Shown: piece after piece, positions 50,433 to 64,000 of the stretch
Position numbering within the stretch: the first letter of the stretch is position 1
Layout of the letters: each line of letters opens with the position of its first letter
Assembly (NCBI GenBank): GCA_010015585.1
Contig: ML975159.1
Strand: one strand, 5' to 3'
DNA length: 64,000 bases
Origin: Eremomyces bilateralis CBS 781.70
Lineage: Eukaryota
Notes under the pieces: model-generated
Seen by the model: the letters and a program-made list of their open reading frames with translations, nothing else
Told to the model about the DNA's origin: nothing
The model's database searches: none
Program-made: the position numbers and the translations under genes

Positions 50433-51174
50433 GGGTGGAGGATGATTGATGAGATACTGGGTGGTAGTGATGGGGTGTTGGATGGGGAGGAGGAAATCAG
50501 ATGAGATGAGATGAGGGTTCGGATGGATTGCACGTTTGGTTCTTGGAAATCGGAGGGGAGGCTTGTATGGATTGTCTGGATCATCCGGTCTCCCCGACCG
50601 AGGTCGATCGACGCAGACGCATGGATACTTCAACTTTTGTATATACCATTTTCTTCTCCCGGTGGTGCACGATGCGTTAGCTGATTGACGACTCTTCCTG
50701 TTTACGGATGTGACTGTTCACGGACGGAGGTGGTTCCCGTCGTTTTGGGTAGGGAGCTGGTTGCTTGAGGGACTGGTTACTTGATGGACTGGTTGGTGTT
50801 TGGGATTATATGGTAGGTAGCTTGTGTTAGGGGGGCGGATGAAATCAAGAGGTTAATGAATGGTTGCTTTGGTGAATGGTGATTAGGTGTGGATGGTCCT
50901 GGTTGTGGCTCTGGGATCGGAGAGGGATAGATTCTGGCCGGTCGAGTTGATCGAGCTGAGGTTTTCTTGTTGCTGCGGATTCTGAAGGGATGTTCACAGT
51001 TTCTATAACACGTCGCCGAGGGGTATGTTGTTTCGAGAGTCTAGCATAGCTACGGAAGCTAGTTAGCCTCTATGATGCTGGACTTGCCTCTATCTAGTTT
51101 TATGGCGGGCCTTCTAAGTTTAAACAAGACATATTCAGCCACTAATTGACCGATTTCCTATTCCACCCCATCCC

Positions 51175-53384
51175 CTACAATTTCGACGGCCTCATCACCT
51201 CCAGCCCCACAAACCGCTTATACAGCTCGAACGACTCCGGATTCGCCACCGTTGCGCTCGCCTTGACGCTCTTCCCACTAATAATCTGCTTGATCGCACC
51301 CTCCACCTTCTTCCCGTTAATCGTCACTGGGATCTGCGCCACCTCCTCGACGTACTTTGGCACGTGCCGCGCGGATAACCCCTCGCGGATCGTCTGCTTG
51401 AGCCGGGTGGCCAGCTCGGGGGTAAAGACGTGCCCCGTGTTCATCCGCACGAAGAGGAACACTTCTTCGTCGGTGTCGTGCGGGCGGCGGCGGCCGACGC
51501 AGAGGGTTTCGGCGATAGTGGTGTTGAAGAGCGGGCCTTCGGAGATGGCGTAGATCTCACCGCTGCCGAAGCGGATGCCGGATGGGTTGAGCACACCGTC
51601 GCTATATAAGATTAGCATGCGCTGGACATCCGTCGTCCCGAATCACTTACCTCCGTCCGCTCAGCGTCAACCCACCCGTCGCCGGGTTCCGCTGCAACCA
51701 GTCATGCTGCGCCCATACCCTCTTCCCAAACTTCTCGAAATAGCTCGCGCGGTAGATCACGTTGCCTTTGTCGCCCCAGAAGAACACCGGCATGGACGGG
51801 AACGGCTTGCGGATGACCATCTCGCCCGCCTCGCCCGTATGAGCGATCGACTCGCCGCTCTCCGGGTCCACGATATCGATATCGTGGCCTAGCGCGAGCA
51901 TCTGCATCTCGCCGAGGTGCACGGTGCCGCTGGGATCGGCGGCGATGAGGGACGTGGCGATCTCGGTGCCGCCGGCGGTGTTGCAGATCTGGACGGAGGG
52001 GGGGAAGGCAGTGTAGAACCAGCGGTACTGCTCGGCGCCGAGGGCGGATCCGGTGCTGTAGACCATGCGGAGGTGGGAGAGGTTGTAGGCGTTGCGGGGG
52101 ATAGTTTGGGACTGCTCGAGCTCGAGGAGGTAGCGGGGGGAGGTGCCGAAGTAGGTGACCCTGGGGTTGTTAGTGGGTGATGGAAGGGGAGGAGGGAAAC
52201 GGACTTGTGGCGTTCGACGATTCGCATCATGATCATCGGGTCGGGCCAGAGAGGTGAACCGTCGTAGCAGATACATGTCGCACCAGTGGCCAGTTGCCCG
52301 ACCACCACGTAGAATACCACCCATGATGTGGAAGAATACTGCATCACAACATCACGGGGGCTCATCGAGTTGTGAAGGATCGATGTTTTCCTCAGATTCA
52401 GAATCATGCCTTGCCGATGGACGATGCATTTCGGGGTTCCGGTCGTTCCACTATCGCATGTTAGACAGGAACTCAAGCATGATTGCTCTGACTGACCTTG
52501 AATAAACAATTATCATAGGACTATTGAACGACAGCGGTCGGAATTCTAGTGTATCCAGCGCTGATGATCGCCAGAGAAATTCTTCTACGGCTGGAAATGG
52601 TTCCGGGGAGGATGCAATAGGAATCAAGAATGTCTCAGGGGGAGACGATAGATTTTCCAGGATTTGTGAGACCTTGGGAGCCACCGACGTCCGGCGACCT
52701 TTGTATGTCGAGTCGCTGTCCGCAAACAAAATCTTGGGCGAGATCTGCTGCAATCTTGATATACATCCCTATACACACTGTTACCACCGTGCTTACGGTG
52801 TCTTGCAGCGGGAGTCTTACCTCGACACCGAGATCAGGTGAAATGCAAGAGAAGATAGCCCCAATGCTTGCAGAAGCGAGCAAGAGGATGACGGCCCAAT
52901 TAGAAGTGGAGACAATAGCCGCAACAATATCCCCTTCTTTGATTCCGCTACGAAGCATAGCACTTTGTACCACCCTTACCCGTTCACGCAATTCGAACCA
53001 TGTGAGCTGCTCGCCCTCGAGGTCCTGACCCTCTCTTAAACCGATCAGCGCAACTTTTGACGGGTCCACAGCCGGATTACACAGGACATTCTCCGCAAAG
53101 TTGATCGATGCACCCTCGAACCACAGTGGAACGTCGCTCAACGGCACCGAGTCATCATACGCCCGCTTGACGGACGGGGGAAGCGCCGGAATCAGTCCGA
53201 CGAAATCGTAAACATCGGTCCAGAAATCTTGAGGGGCGGTGACGCTCCATTTGTGCAGTTCCTGGGCGTTTTGGAGGCGCAGTCCAAACTTCTCGTTAAC
53301 GCGGCGGCGGTAGATGTCGATTGGGGCGATTTCCGGGTTGGAAGGCTTCCATAGCGGAATGGCGTTGGTTTTAGAAAGAGCCAT
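51175..53384 (-). CDS. Acetoacetyl-CoA synthetase (acetoacetate-CoA ligase)
   Basis: WFEGASINFAEN, YS|SGTTGTPKCIVH, YFGTSPRY, GGTEI, PFPSMPVFFWGD, GR|SDGVLNPSGIRFGSGEIY, LSARHVP, GKKVE. Confidence 0.9.
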
Positions 53385-55370
53385 ATCTGGATTTAATGGA
53401 TGCGTGAACTGGTCTAACCCGGTAGTCGGGTATAATATCTGGGCAAGAACAAGATCTATGGTGGTCTATTGGCATGAAACTGACAAAAAGGAAATAAAAT
53501 CCGACTTATCGTCGATATGACTTGGTAGATGAACTCGGATATGACTTGGAAATAAGAAAGTTAAGCATCAAGAATTGTTCCTCTAAACGCTGGAGAATTG
53601 AAGGGTTACCGTTTCATCGAAGCTTGCGGCCTGCGGGATACCGACCTCGGTCAAGCTTTCTCCACTGGTTCGCTTACTGCAGATCATGATGCGGAGCCGA
53701 TCCAAGTCACATCTCGGGTTCCTGGCCTGGTAACTATGTCCAATGTCTCTTGTGAGGAATAGGAGCATATATCGACGGCCCATCCATATCACCTTTGAGA
53801 GCATGGTGCGTGAGCTCTTCAGTGGAAAGGAGCGAAGCCACGGCAAATCAGCGAAAGTTGAGTCAAGGAGCCGAATTAATGCCTGAGGCATTAACATTTG
53901 CTGCCTGATGAATATCAAACAATCACATCTCCAGCCTCCTCATTTCTTTGATCAATCGTCAATGTGCAACACAAAGTTTATTGCCTTGACCATCATATCC
54001 TACAAGTAAGATTTGACAGACCTTTGAATCTGTCAATTTGTTGCTCTTCTTAATGATACACCCTCTGGGAACACTCATCGGGATCCAATGGACTCCAGGC
54101 GGGTAACCTCAACACGGCCTTTGTTCCACCAATTATAGACGTTTGTCAGTGTTATACCGACCGCTGAAGGGGACGAAACCTTTCCTCTGGTATTGAGGTC
54201 AGATGGGTTGGCAGGATTTGAGGAATATCTCGTGAACCCAATGCGTAGGCATAGCCCCGTCTCCCTACCTTATATCTGCGCGGGCCTGTTTCAGATTTAC
54301 ATTTAAGTTCGGCGAATCGGCGTTTGTCAACGTTACCTGGTTGGATCTATGTACCCAACAAAACAGTTCGTGGACAGGGCGGTCCGGCGACCAGTCTCGC
54401 ATACCTGTACCGTACTCAGTTCCGAGGGAGGCAACCTTGCAGTTCACCTTCATACCGACTCTGCACCTTTTCACCCATGGCAATTATGAACCCTTGACTA
54501 AGGAACATCGTGAATGCCAGAGACAAGTCTCAATCGAAGCAGTTCCAGGATCCGCCAGTTATAGTGAGCGAAACCCTACAGGGAATATACCCGAAATGGA
54601 AATGCATATCATATATTCACAACGCAACAAGACGGGGGGCTCTACGCTTCCCTAATGGTTCTCTGAATCTGTCTTTCTATACCCACAGGCATTGGCTTCT
54701 GATTGGGATTCCATGAAATTGAGTTTCTTGTTACTGTCGATTTATGCTTTAATGATAATTGCGTAAGAGTCGACTTCTCATTCTTATGTCTCGTTGAATA
54801 CAATATACTCTCGACAAGTCTATATCTTAAGTTTCGAACTATATCTTCTCCTTCTCGCAACTACTTCAGTCCATGGCATTTGTTATCAGAGTGAACTAGA
54901 CAACGCTCTTTAGTTGTCCGTACTGGTCACTGGCATAAACTTCAGCCCTTCCCTCCCGGCTTGGAGAAGAATAGCAAGGTTTGATAGTAGGAGGCTTGCC
55001 AAGATGTATAGGAGTCCTTCAGGCTTCAGGTCATCCACTATTGGTGTCCCATCACGTCTTAACCACTCCCAACTTCACCCCGTATATATTCTATGCAACT
55101 AACCACCACCACCTGGTGACATCGACAGGGCACGGGGTACCCGCGTGATCGGTGCCAGTCCAATCTGAGGTTTCGTATCGTGCCTGTAAGTACATTAAGT
55201 GGCGCCAGGTGCAAAGAGGAGACAGATATGTTTTGTGGCGGCTAGGAACCTTTTCAACCCTTTCTAAGTTTGTCGCAACACTTGGGCTGTCCTTGCGTGC
55301 TGAGTTGCGATCCGTTTCTGAATGCCTTTTTCACCACATCATTTGCCAACGAAACGGCAAGGTCATCACG

Positions 55371-56959
55371 ATGGCTTCAAAGCATTTAAGCGCCGGAGGC
55401 TCTGCTCCGGAGCTGCATCCCCATTCTACGATGGAAGTTGTAGATCATGAGAACTTCCCGGAGGTCGTCGTACATAAGGAATCCGGCCATGGGAGCGACT
55501 GGCCGCTCACACCCACCTCTACGGCGGAACCACCAAAAACGATATGTGGTCTGGCCCCAGGACTTTTCCGGGCGATACTTATCGCAACAATAATTATTTT
55601 AATTGGCATTGCAGTGGGCGTAGGTCTCGGCATCACACAAAGCCAGAAGTTGGCGGCATTGAACGCTCAAACGACATCTCCATCTGCCGGCGCAATTCCT
55701 ACGGCGCCATCAGGGGCTGGATCGCCTAGAACATCTCTCATACCGGAACGAATTAACAACCTCATCGGTAACAGCTCACTTGCGACCGTGGATTACATGG
55801 AATACCCAGAAGACAACCCTTCAGAACGGGTCCAATACATCCGCGTCTACTTCCAAGACACCACCAACAATATCCTACAAGCTGCATGGAGATCAGACGA
55901 CCCAGAATGGGTTGTCACCAGCATCACCAGCAGCTCGACCGTCGCCAAACCAGGGACTGCGCTCACGGCATGTACATTGCCCGTAGTGTCCCTGAACTGG
56001 GTGAGTAATACATCAAAGTTGTGCGGCATGCTAACTAACGTGTTGAAAGCGGATAAGCTTGTTTTTCTTGGACCCAGCCGGACAGATCCAGGAGCTCTTC
56101 ACTACCGACGGTGTCCGCTGGCTCGGCGGGAATATCGGACAAGAACGATCCGTTGCATCAGTCGACAGCCAACTTGCCAGCATATGGCAGCCATGCAGCA
56201 AAGGATTCGCTTGTCCTAACGAGCATGTCATTTTGCTCGTCTATCAAGACCCCGATAACACGACGTGGGTGTGGAGTCCGTCTAAGGGTCCGGACAGCGG
56301 ATGGCAACGATTCAAAATACCAACTGTACAGCCCCCCAAAGCAGCCGCACTGGCCTTGATTACATGGAGCAATACCGGCAACGGTATTTTCGATACTGTA
56401 TTTTTGGCTTACGGATCATCATATCCGATACCCTGTGTGAGGATGGCATTTTGGAGCCTCAACTCGACATTGGACGGTTGGGCTTGTAAGTAACCCGTTC
56501 ACCTGTGCATACTAACCCGGCTAATACCACACACAGCGTTCGATATCTCACTACCGGGATTCTCTGAAGATCCGTATGCTGCCTATTCGGCGGATAACTT
56601 CACGACCATGTGGGCGTTAGGTACGGGGAACGAAACCCAGAGAGGCGTGGGAGTAGTGAGGTGGCGATACTCCAACCCGATTCCGGAATACAACTACACC
56701 ATGCCGGTGTTTTCAGACGTCCTCGACTATTCGAAAATCGCGACGAACCAGCTGGGGAGAGCCTATGCGATGACGGCGAGTGGTGTCGGAGAGTGGGTAA
56801 ATCCGGGTGGACGAGTTGTGGACTGGCAGAAGAATGCTGTTATAAACACCACCATCACCACGAATCAGGTTAGTGATTACCAGATTTCTACTCCCTCAAG
56901 CTTCTTTCTATATTCTAGATGCTGACTGAATCTAGACTTGCTGGACGTGTCCTCAGTGA
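55371..56959 (+). CDS. Single-pass membrane protein with a probable fungal fucose-lectin-like beta-propeller ectodomain
   Basis: PEVV motifs, KTICGL + TM (LIATIIILIGIAVGVGLGI), IRVYFQD..ILQA, AKPGTAL, LFFLD..IQE, LVYQD; three introns. Confidence 0.6.
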
Positions 56960-58189
56960 GCGATTGAAGACGTACCTTATCTCCCGATTCTCGGATTTCT
57001 TTCAAGAGCGAGGCGCTATGGGGCTACTACAGCATGGACGACAAATTGGACTTTGTCTTCAATAGAAAACGGTCTACCCGGATCGCTAAGAATTTTGGCT
57101 TGACAAAGCGATACCACTACCATCTACGACCAAATGACCGCTTTTATTCAACACTCATGCCACTTCCCAAATTTTTCTTATTTTCGATATGAATAGGTAT
57201 TGTTCACTTCACTATTGTTTTCTAGAACTGCTTAATCGGGAAATCCTAACCACGCGACAACATCCTCGCCACTCGGGAATCCAGCTCTCGTCTCGGCTAT
57301 TCGTCGTCGTCAACCCCCAGACTTCCCCGCACCTACACCTCCCCCCACCCCGCCCCCGGCTATCCCAACTCACGCTTTGTCTCCCCTAACGGAATATGTC
57401 CGCTCCACGTCCGTCGTATTCTCACGGCTCCTAATGGAAAACTGCGCTTGTGAGCGCGTTCCACTGTCCCTCCACCGACTACTGCTACCCGTAAACTGCC
57501 AAGTTCGTATCTCCTCGCCTTAGGTCTGGCCAGTGTGAACTATCGAGCTTTGTCAAGGAACCGGACACTCTTGGCATTGGTGAGCTAACGTCGTCGTTAG
57601 ACTCCTTAACTCATTCCCGGCTCCAAACGGAGTATCAGACGGGACAACATGCCACTCATTGTTGTTCCGTTGAATCAAACCAAACGTCCTAGTTAGAACA
57701 CCCTGGTAGATTCTTATTCCCCCCCCCCCCCCCCCCCCCCNNNNNNNNNNAACTATGAATCAACTTCGCCAGTCGCCACCCTTATTCCCGCCAGATTAGA
57801 TGAGACTCAAGGCCACGCATATCCGCTCGACTCGTGATCATCCCCCGCGACCGACGTCAAGGTCGGAGCAACATCGCCCAGTTGCCCCTCCACACTGCGA
57901 ACTCCCGTCCCGCCGCCCACGCTCCTAGAATTTAGCGACCTCGTGGGAAATATGACCTGCATGCACCAACCTGTTCGCCTGCTTCGCCGCCCTCGCCGGT
58001 CTAGACCGTGACCAATCTCCATCCCTCCATTGTCACCGGCAAAATCTGGCCCCACTTCGGTGAGTTCGTTGGCACCGGCCCTTCTGGGGAAACCAACGAA
58101 TGTGGGGGTGATGGAGAAACTTGCTGATGGTCTCGAAACCTGCTCGTCAGCCGTGTGGGAATAGATGGGAATAGAAGGGAATAGGGGGG

Positions 58190-58236
58190 AATAAAGTGGG
58201 AATGAAGTGGGAATGAAGTGGGAATGAAGTGGGAAT
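58190..58236. repeat. 11-bp tandem repeat (aagtgggaatg), about 3.5 copies
   Basis: Directly visible upstream of the MFS gene. Confidence 0.8.
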
Positions 58237-58503
58237 ACCGGGGCATTCCCATTATCTCAAGGTTATCCCCAGATATCGAGAAGAGACGGACTTATTACCA
58301 GACACGCTCGGATGAGATGAATGGTCTACCGCTGCAGCCGCGTCAAAATATAAACTCCCCATATCTCCCACCTTGTCTGTTGAGTCCCGTCGTTGTGGTT
58401 GTGTTCCTTTTTATTATCCATATCCTAGAGTCTATTGTTGTGTCTCCTTCTCATTTTTTCTTTGACAGTGATCGTACTGTATTAGAAAACATATCTTGAG
58501 ACA

Positions 58504-60408
58504 ATGGCGCCCGAGCCAATCAGCACCGCCGACTCTCGCTCTAGCAGCCATGAGAAAGCACACGACGGGCACATTGAGGAATTAGAGAAGGGCGGTCTCT
58601 CTTCGCCCGATGAGAGGGTCGTGGTGACAGAGTTGACCGAGACGGAGCAGAAGGCAACGATGTAAGTCGGTCCACATCTCGCTCTCGACTCTAGAAAAGA
58701 ACGACTTAGATAGACCAAGTGGCTAACCAAAGAATGGAATAGACGGAAGATTGATCTGCGGCTTCTCCCGATCTTGGGACTCATGTACTCGATCTCGCTT
58801 GTTGACCGGACGAACTTGGGTCTTGCCATGGTGGCGGGCATGGAGACCGATCTGGGTCTCGATGTCGGTGATCGATACACCGTGATCGTGATGGTCTTCT
58901 TCGTGGCATACATGTACGCTCCCCATCACATTCAGTCCCCATCCCATCCAGCCCTCAAAATTATTTTCGGAACAACACCCGACTCTTCGTAATCAGTAGA
59001 AACCACCACTAATCCCGTCGAACAGCGTCTTTGAAATCCCCTCCAATCTCATCCTCCCCAAAGCCGGCGCCGCCAACTGGCTCGCCTTCCTCGGCGGATC
59101 GTTCGGCGCAATCCTCATCGGCATGGGGTTCACCAAGAGTTGGGGAGCCATGGCGGTTTGCCGTGCGCTGCTCGGTATCATGGAGGGCGGCTTCTTGCCC
59201 GGCTGCACGTACCTGATTTCCTGCTGGTATACACGGTTCGAGGTCGGCAAGCGGCTAGCGGGCTTCTGGATCCTGAGCGTGCTCGCGAGCGGGTTTAGCA
59301 ACATTTTTGCGTACGTGTTGACGCTGTTGAAAGGGAAACAGGGATTAAACGGGTGGAGTTGTAAGTCCTTTTTGCCAATTGTTGCCCTTCTCTTCCCTAT
59401 TGTTCCCTTTCTCTTCTATCCCACACTGGTACGTTTTGACCGGATTTCATACTGACCGAACATCCACAGGGATCTTCATCGTCGAAGGTGCCATCACCTG
59501 CGCGGTCTGTCTCCTCGGGTGGTTCATCATTCTCGACTTCCCCTCCAAATCCGGCAACTTCCTCACCCCCGTGCAGAAGAAATTCGCCCTCGACCGCCTC
59601 GACGCCGACCGTGGCGACGCGGTCGAAGATGAGATCACCCTACGCAAAATCCTCCACCACCTGAAGGACTGGAAGCTCTACATCTGGGCCTTTAACCTGA
59701 TGAGTTCGACGCTACCTGGGTACGCGTACGCATACTTTCTGCCTATCATCCTTAAGCAGGGCATGGGATTTAGCACCTCGAAGAGCCAGCTGATGAGCGC
59801 ACCCCCCTACATCCTGGCGGCGTTTATCACGTTTGCGTCAGGGTGGTTGAGTGATCGGTACCGGATCCGTGGGCCGGTGATCGCGGTTCATCAGATCCTG
59901 ACAGCGGTGGGGATGCTGATAACGGCGTTTGCGAAGAATACCGGGGCGAGATATTTTGGTGCATTCTTGGGTAAGTGATTTTTTCGCCACTCGAAACAGT
60001 GTGGGTGTCGATCGGTGATGCTAACGGTGTCGGCATTAGGCATCGGGTTCCTGCAGTACTGCGTACCTGCCGTCCTCACCTTCCAGGCGAACAACATCAC
60101 GTCGCATTCGAAGCGGGCGGTCGCATCGGCGACGTGCATTATTGGCGGTGGAGTCGGAGGAATCATCGCCAGTGTAGCATTCATGGCATCCGAGTCGCCG
60201 GACTATCATGTAAGTGTTCAGCAACTATCCCTGGATCGAAATGATGCTAACGGGGGGATAGACCGGCATCTGGACCACCATGGGTATCTCGATTGCAAGC
60301 TGCGTCCTGATCGCGATCATGGATGTGTACTTCTATTTCAGGAATAAGAAGGCCAGGGCGGGTGTAGTGTTGAACGAGGGTATGACGAACTGGTATTATA
60401 CCCCGTGA
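58504..60408 (+). CDS. MFS transporter, anion:cation symporter (Dal5/Tna1-like) family
   Basis: RKIDLRLLP, VDRTNLGLA, FEIPSNL, RALLGIMEGG, YLISCWY, IFIVEGAIT, SAPPY, SDRYRIRG. Confidence 0.9.
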
Positions 60409-60850
60409 TGCGTGAAATAGGATTGTCTTTCGTTGGAATGGTATGGAGATGAGACATAGCAGACTAGGCGACTGGTAAGAATATAGCACTTAGGGCATGA
60501 CGGTCAGGGCACGGACCGATACATAAAGGAATGAACTTACGTTTAACTTGCTAGCACATGGACTTTGGGGACAGGTCTAATGAATTGGTGATGGATAAGG
60601 AATAAGAAGGTCAGGGCGGGCACAGTAGTGAACGAGGGGCTAGCGAACTGGTATTACCCCGTGATATATGAGATAGGATTATCTTTTGTTGGAATGGAAG
60701 AGAAATAAGACATATACTAGGCTAGGCGACTGGTATAAATATAATGCTTAGGACACGACGGGTCAAGGAACAGTGACACAGAAAGGAATAAACTTACGTT
60801 AAACTTGCCAGCGCACTGACTTGTGGACAATTCTATTGAATTCGTGATGG
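60340..60850 (+). repeat. Tandem duplication (about 258-bp period) of the MFS 3' end and 3'UTR
   Basis: aggaataagaaggYcagggcggg at 60340 and 60598; collinear similarity to gaattSgtgatgg. Confidence 0.88.
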
Positions 60851-61049
60851 GGTATCATGACACAAATTCCTCCGAGGCTCCTAAACGCCAGAACACAAAC
60901 AACTGTAGATCAGATCCATTCAGTATTAGGGTGACCTTTCACATCTCCTGGGCCAAGCGCTTGCACATCACGAATCCTGTTGAAGGATAGCGATTCGCGA
61001 GCATGCACTCCGCACTCCGTATTCCGTAGCCACAAGCGCTCCGCCATGC

Positions 61050-61792
61050 TCATGATTGGAAAATGCCCATCCGCTGACTCCATCCGTCGCTCTTCGGGTT
61101 CACCAAAATCTGGTACGGGAACGGATTCGATTCCGTGGTCGTGATGGGCGGAATATGATCTTTATCCCGATTGACAATATTGACAATCTTCATCGCGGTC
61201 TTCTGCAGGGACTTCTCCATTGCTTTCCGAACCTTAATCCGATCTGCGTAACTCGAAACATCAGCTCTCCGTCTTGCGCCATTTCGTTTGCACACAGGTA
61301 ATCCCAAGGACGTTTGCGATCGAACCTACCCGTCTCCGTCCGCGGTGTTCCCACCGTCACGTCCAAAATCCACCGCTCCCAACAGATCTCCTCCTCGTTC
61401 TTCCCGAAGAAAAACGCCTTCCGCCTCCGCTTCTCGTAGAACAAGATTGCTAGCTGCCCGCGGCCGCGCGACGCGGAGCCGCCCGCGGAGTCGGCGGTGT
61501 CGATTTCCCGCACGAGCGCGGCGGCACGCTGGTCGATTTGGGTCTCGAGGTCGACGTCGTCGATGGCGGGGAGGGTGAGATCGAGGAGGTCGCGGGTGAG
61601 GGGGGCTATGGGGGTGAAGTAGCGGTGGAAGAAGATGGTGTGGAGGATGGCTGGGGGGAGTTAGTACCATATATACCAGGAGGGAGAGGGAGAGTTGGGG
61701 AATTCGGGACCTTTGCAGACATCTTTTACGCAGGTCGGATCGGCGAAGACATCTAAGGTGTATTGGGGAGCTGTTGGCCGTTGTGGTTCCAT
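61050..61792 (-). CDS. ATG101: Autophagy-related protein 101
   Basis: AILHTIFFHRYF, FYEKRRRK, CWERW, VNRDKDHIPPITT..PFPYQI. Confidence 0.9.
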
Positions 61793-62681
61793 GGTATGGA
61801 TAATCTTCTGTAGGTCTTTATCTCCACCTAGCTGAAGGGGAGAGTACAGGTATGCAGATAAAGGAAGGGGTCCATGGGTTGGATCGAGGAGAACAGAACG
61901 AGTCACAGCATCAAATCAGGGGACTTTATCATGCGAAGTGATAGATAGATATTCACTTGTGAGTTGTAGAGGGGAGAGTGGAGGGACTACGGAGTCGGGG
62001 TGGTGGACAAAGTGGGAGGTGGGAAAAGGAAGAGGGGTGTATCAGCCACCACTCACCAGATAGGAAATTGTTAAAATGATAGGAACTAGATCACTATTAT
62101 TCTAAAGGCTAGCTACATAGTTAATAGATATGCTAAGTTAGCTAATGAATAATCATAGCATGTAGACGGCTCTCGAGAAGACAGTAGAAGCTGAATCCAT
62201 TCTTTGGTGCTCTCATCCAGCCACCCATCCACACGAATACTCTCTCCATTTCTCCCATCCTATTGTCCAGGTGGCTATGGAGATGTCTATTGCACATGTA
62301 TGTACCTCCATGCGAATCCCAGTTAATCATACCCTAATTACCTGCCATCGTCATCCAATCCCCAATCTCTCTCGGCTGCCTCGGTGCCAGCGATGCTAGC
62401 GTGTCCATCGTAGCCGGGACCGGGGAGCTCCAATCGAATCTTGGTTTCCCATCAGAATACATTTGCGGATTCGTTACACGCGATAACTTGTGATCTTCTT
62501 GTGGTTCAACTAGACAATCAGTAATCAGTCTTCGTTTGACTTCTGGCTGATTGCACCATACCCTACTCACCTCCCAATCTCTCTCCGTCACTTCCTATCA
62601 CCACAGTTGGGCCATTGCCCTCGCCACCACAACCGATGCTGTGAATCCCTTCATCATATCGTTTGCAAGGAAAGAGAAAAC

Positions 62682-64000
62682 ATGTTAGGAGCTACCCGTC
62701 GCTGGTTCAAGCGCAATCGCGCGAACCTCGCCATCGGCGCTGGCGTGCTCGGCGCAGGTTATCTAGCCGGGCAATATGTCGTATCCAAACTCATGGAGGC
62801 GAGACAGCGGATGAGCGATGACCGGATCGCCAAGGAGAAGTGCGTTCTCCCATATCTACTCTCCCGTAGTGATGATCGTGGAGTGCACTCGGTCTAACAT
62901 CCATCCCAGCCTTCGAAGACGTTTCCAGCAAAACCAGGAAGACTGCTCCTTCACAGTCCTCGCCATCCTCCCCACCGCTACCGAAAACATCCTGGAAGCG
63001 CTCCCCGTCGAAGACACGCTCGCGGAGTTGCAGAAGCAGAAATCGGAGCGCATCGCGAGAAGCGGCGCGGGATCCGAGGCGGCGTCGTCGGTTGGGATCC
63101 TATCCGGGCCGGGCAGTACGACGGATGATGATGCGCGAGGAAGCCTGCCGTCTGGGAGCGAGAGCTTCATGCATACCAGCCAGCTGGAGCAGAGCATAGG
63201 GGACGGTGTGGAGGGGCGGGAAATCCCGCCGCAGCCGCTGAGGTCGAAGAAGAGCAAGTTGCAGCTGTGGGGGGACATGAAAGTAAACTGTAAGATTCCG
63301 TCACTGGATATGGAAGGGAGAGAAAACTAATTTGCTGTGTACAGCGATTGCTAGATCATTTACTCTCCTCTATACTCTGGCGCTTTTGACGCTTCTAACG
63401 CGGATTCAATTGAACCTGCTCGGAAGGAGAAACTACCTTGCCAGCGTGGTATCGCTAGCCGCTCCTCAACGACCAGAACCGCGGATTACACTCGAAGACA
63501 ACGATGACGACAATTTCGAGCGGGCATATGGCAACGACTTCGAGACCAACCGAAAATACCTATCGTTCAGCTGGTGGCTGCTGCATAAAGGATGCAAGGA
63601 TCTCATGGAAACGGTCATTTCCGCCGTGACCGAGGTCTTCGGACCTGTCAACCTAAGAGAAGACATCACATTGCAAAAACTGTCCGAATTGACCATCGAA
63701 GTCCGGAAGAAGGTTGAGGGTGCCACCGAGGAAGAAAGAAGGTATGCAACTCTCATCACCACAATCCGAACCTTGACTAACCCCCCCTAGAACCAAAAAA
63801 TGGCTCCCCTTTCTCCTCCCCCCACCCTCCCACGAAGCCTACCTCCTCCACGAGTCCGGGATGATCTCCCCCTCCTCCTCCCCCACTACCACTGCTTCCA
63901 CCCCCCTCATCTCCCCCTCCCTCCGCCGCCTCCTCGACGAAACCTCCGACCTCATCGACTCCCCCCCTTTCTCCTCTGTCCTCACCCAACTCCTCGACGC
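62682..64000 (+). CDS. PEX3: Peroxin-3 (partial, runs off the window)
   Basis: RRWFKRNR..GAGYLAGQYV, LRRRFQQNQEDC, KLQLW, LLTRIQLNLLGRRNY, YLSFSWWLLHKG, LLDETSDLIDSP. Confidence 0.93.

Noticed and set aside
57719..57750. Poly-C run next to a 10-N gap
   Set aside because: Simple homopolymer at a contig join.
61793..62681. ATG101/PEX3 divergent pair as a pexophagy module
   Set aside because: Divergent housekeeping pairs are common here (SF3B4/TOM7, eL28/DUF2015) and no shared motif was seen.
1..64000. tRNA, rRNA, CRISPR arrays and intact transposons
   Set aside because: None recognised by eye; this is eukaryotic gene-dense DNA. tRNAscan-SE or Infernal would be needed to exclude small RNAs.

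Overview
Gene-dense, intron-rich DNA from a filamentous ascomycete (Pezizomycotina). From about 9 kb onward it is mostly conserved housekeeping genes: Mei2-like RRM protein, SEC15, eL28, DUF2015, SF3B4, TOM7, cyclin H, AtuA-like/CoA-transferase III pair, MIPC synthase, KIN17, class II chitin synthase, NTA1, COQ8, SARAF, YOP1, an RFX factor, acetoacetyl-CoA synthetase, a lectin-like membrane protein, an MFS transporter, ATG101 and PEX3. The notable part is 1-6.2 kb, a head-to-head pair of fungal NLRs (NB-ARC + TPR) whose NB-ARC cores form a roughly 98% identical inverted repeat. One copy starts with a short amyloid-like motif. The other is fused to a SesB-like alpha/beta hydrolase, and its linker keeps what looks like an internally deleted copy of the same motif. 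This suggests a two-component amyloid-signalling locus converting to an all-in-one NLR, with a potentially invertible central segment. A second oddity at 42.8-43.8 kb is a same-strand chimera of a LINE 3' end, an orphan HET-E-type WD40 repeat and an ORF with RIP-like stops. Splice models and mismatch counts are manual readings and no database searches were run.
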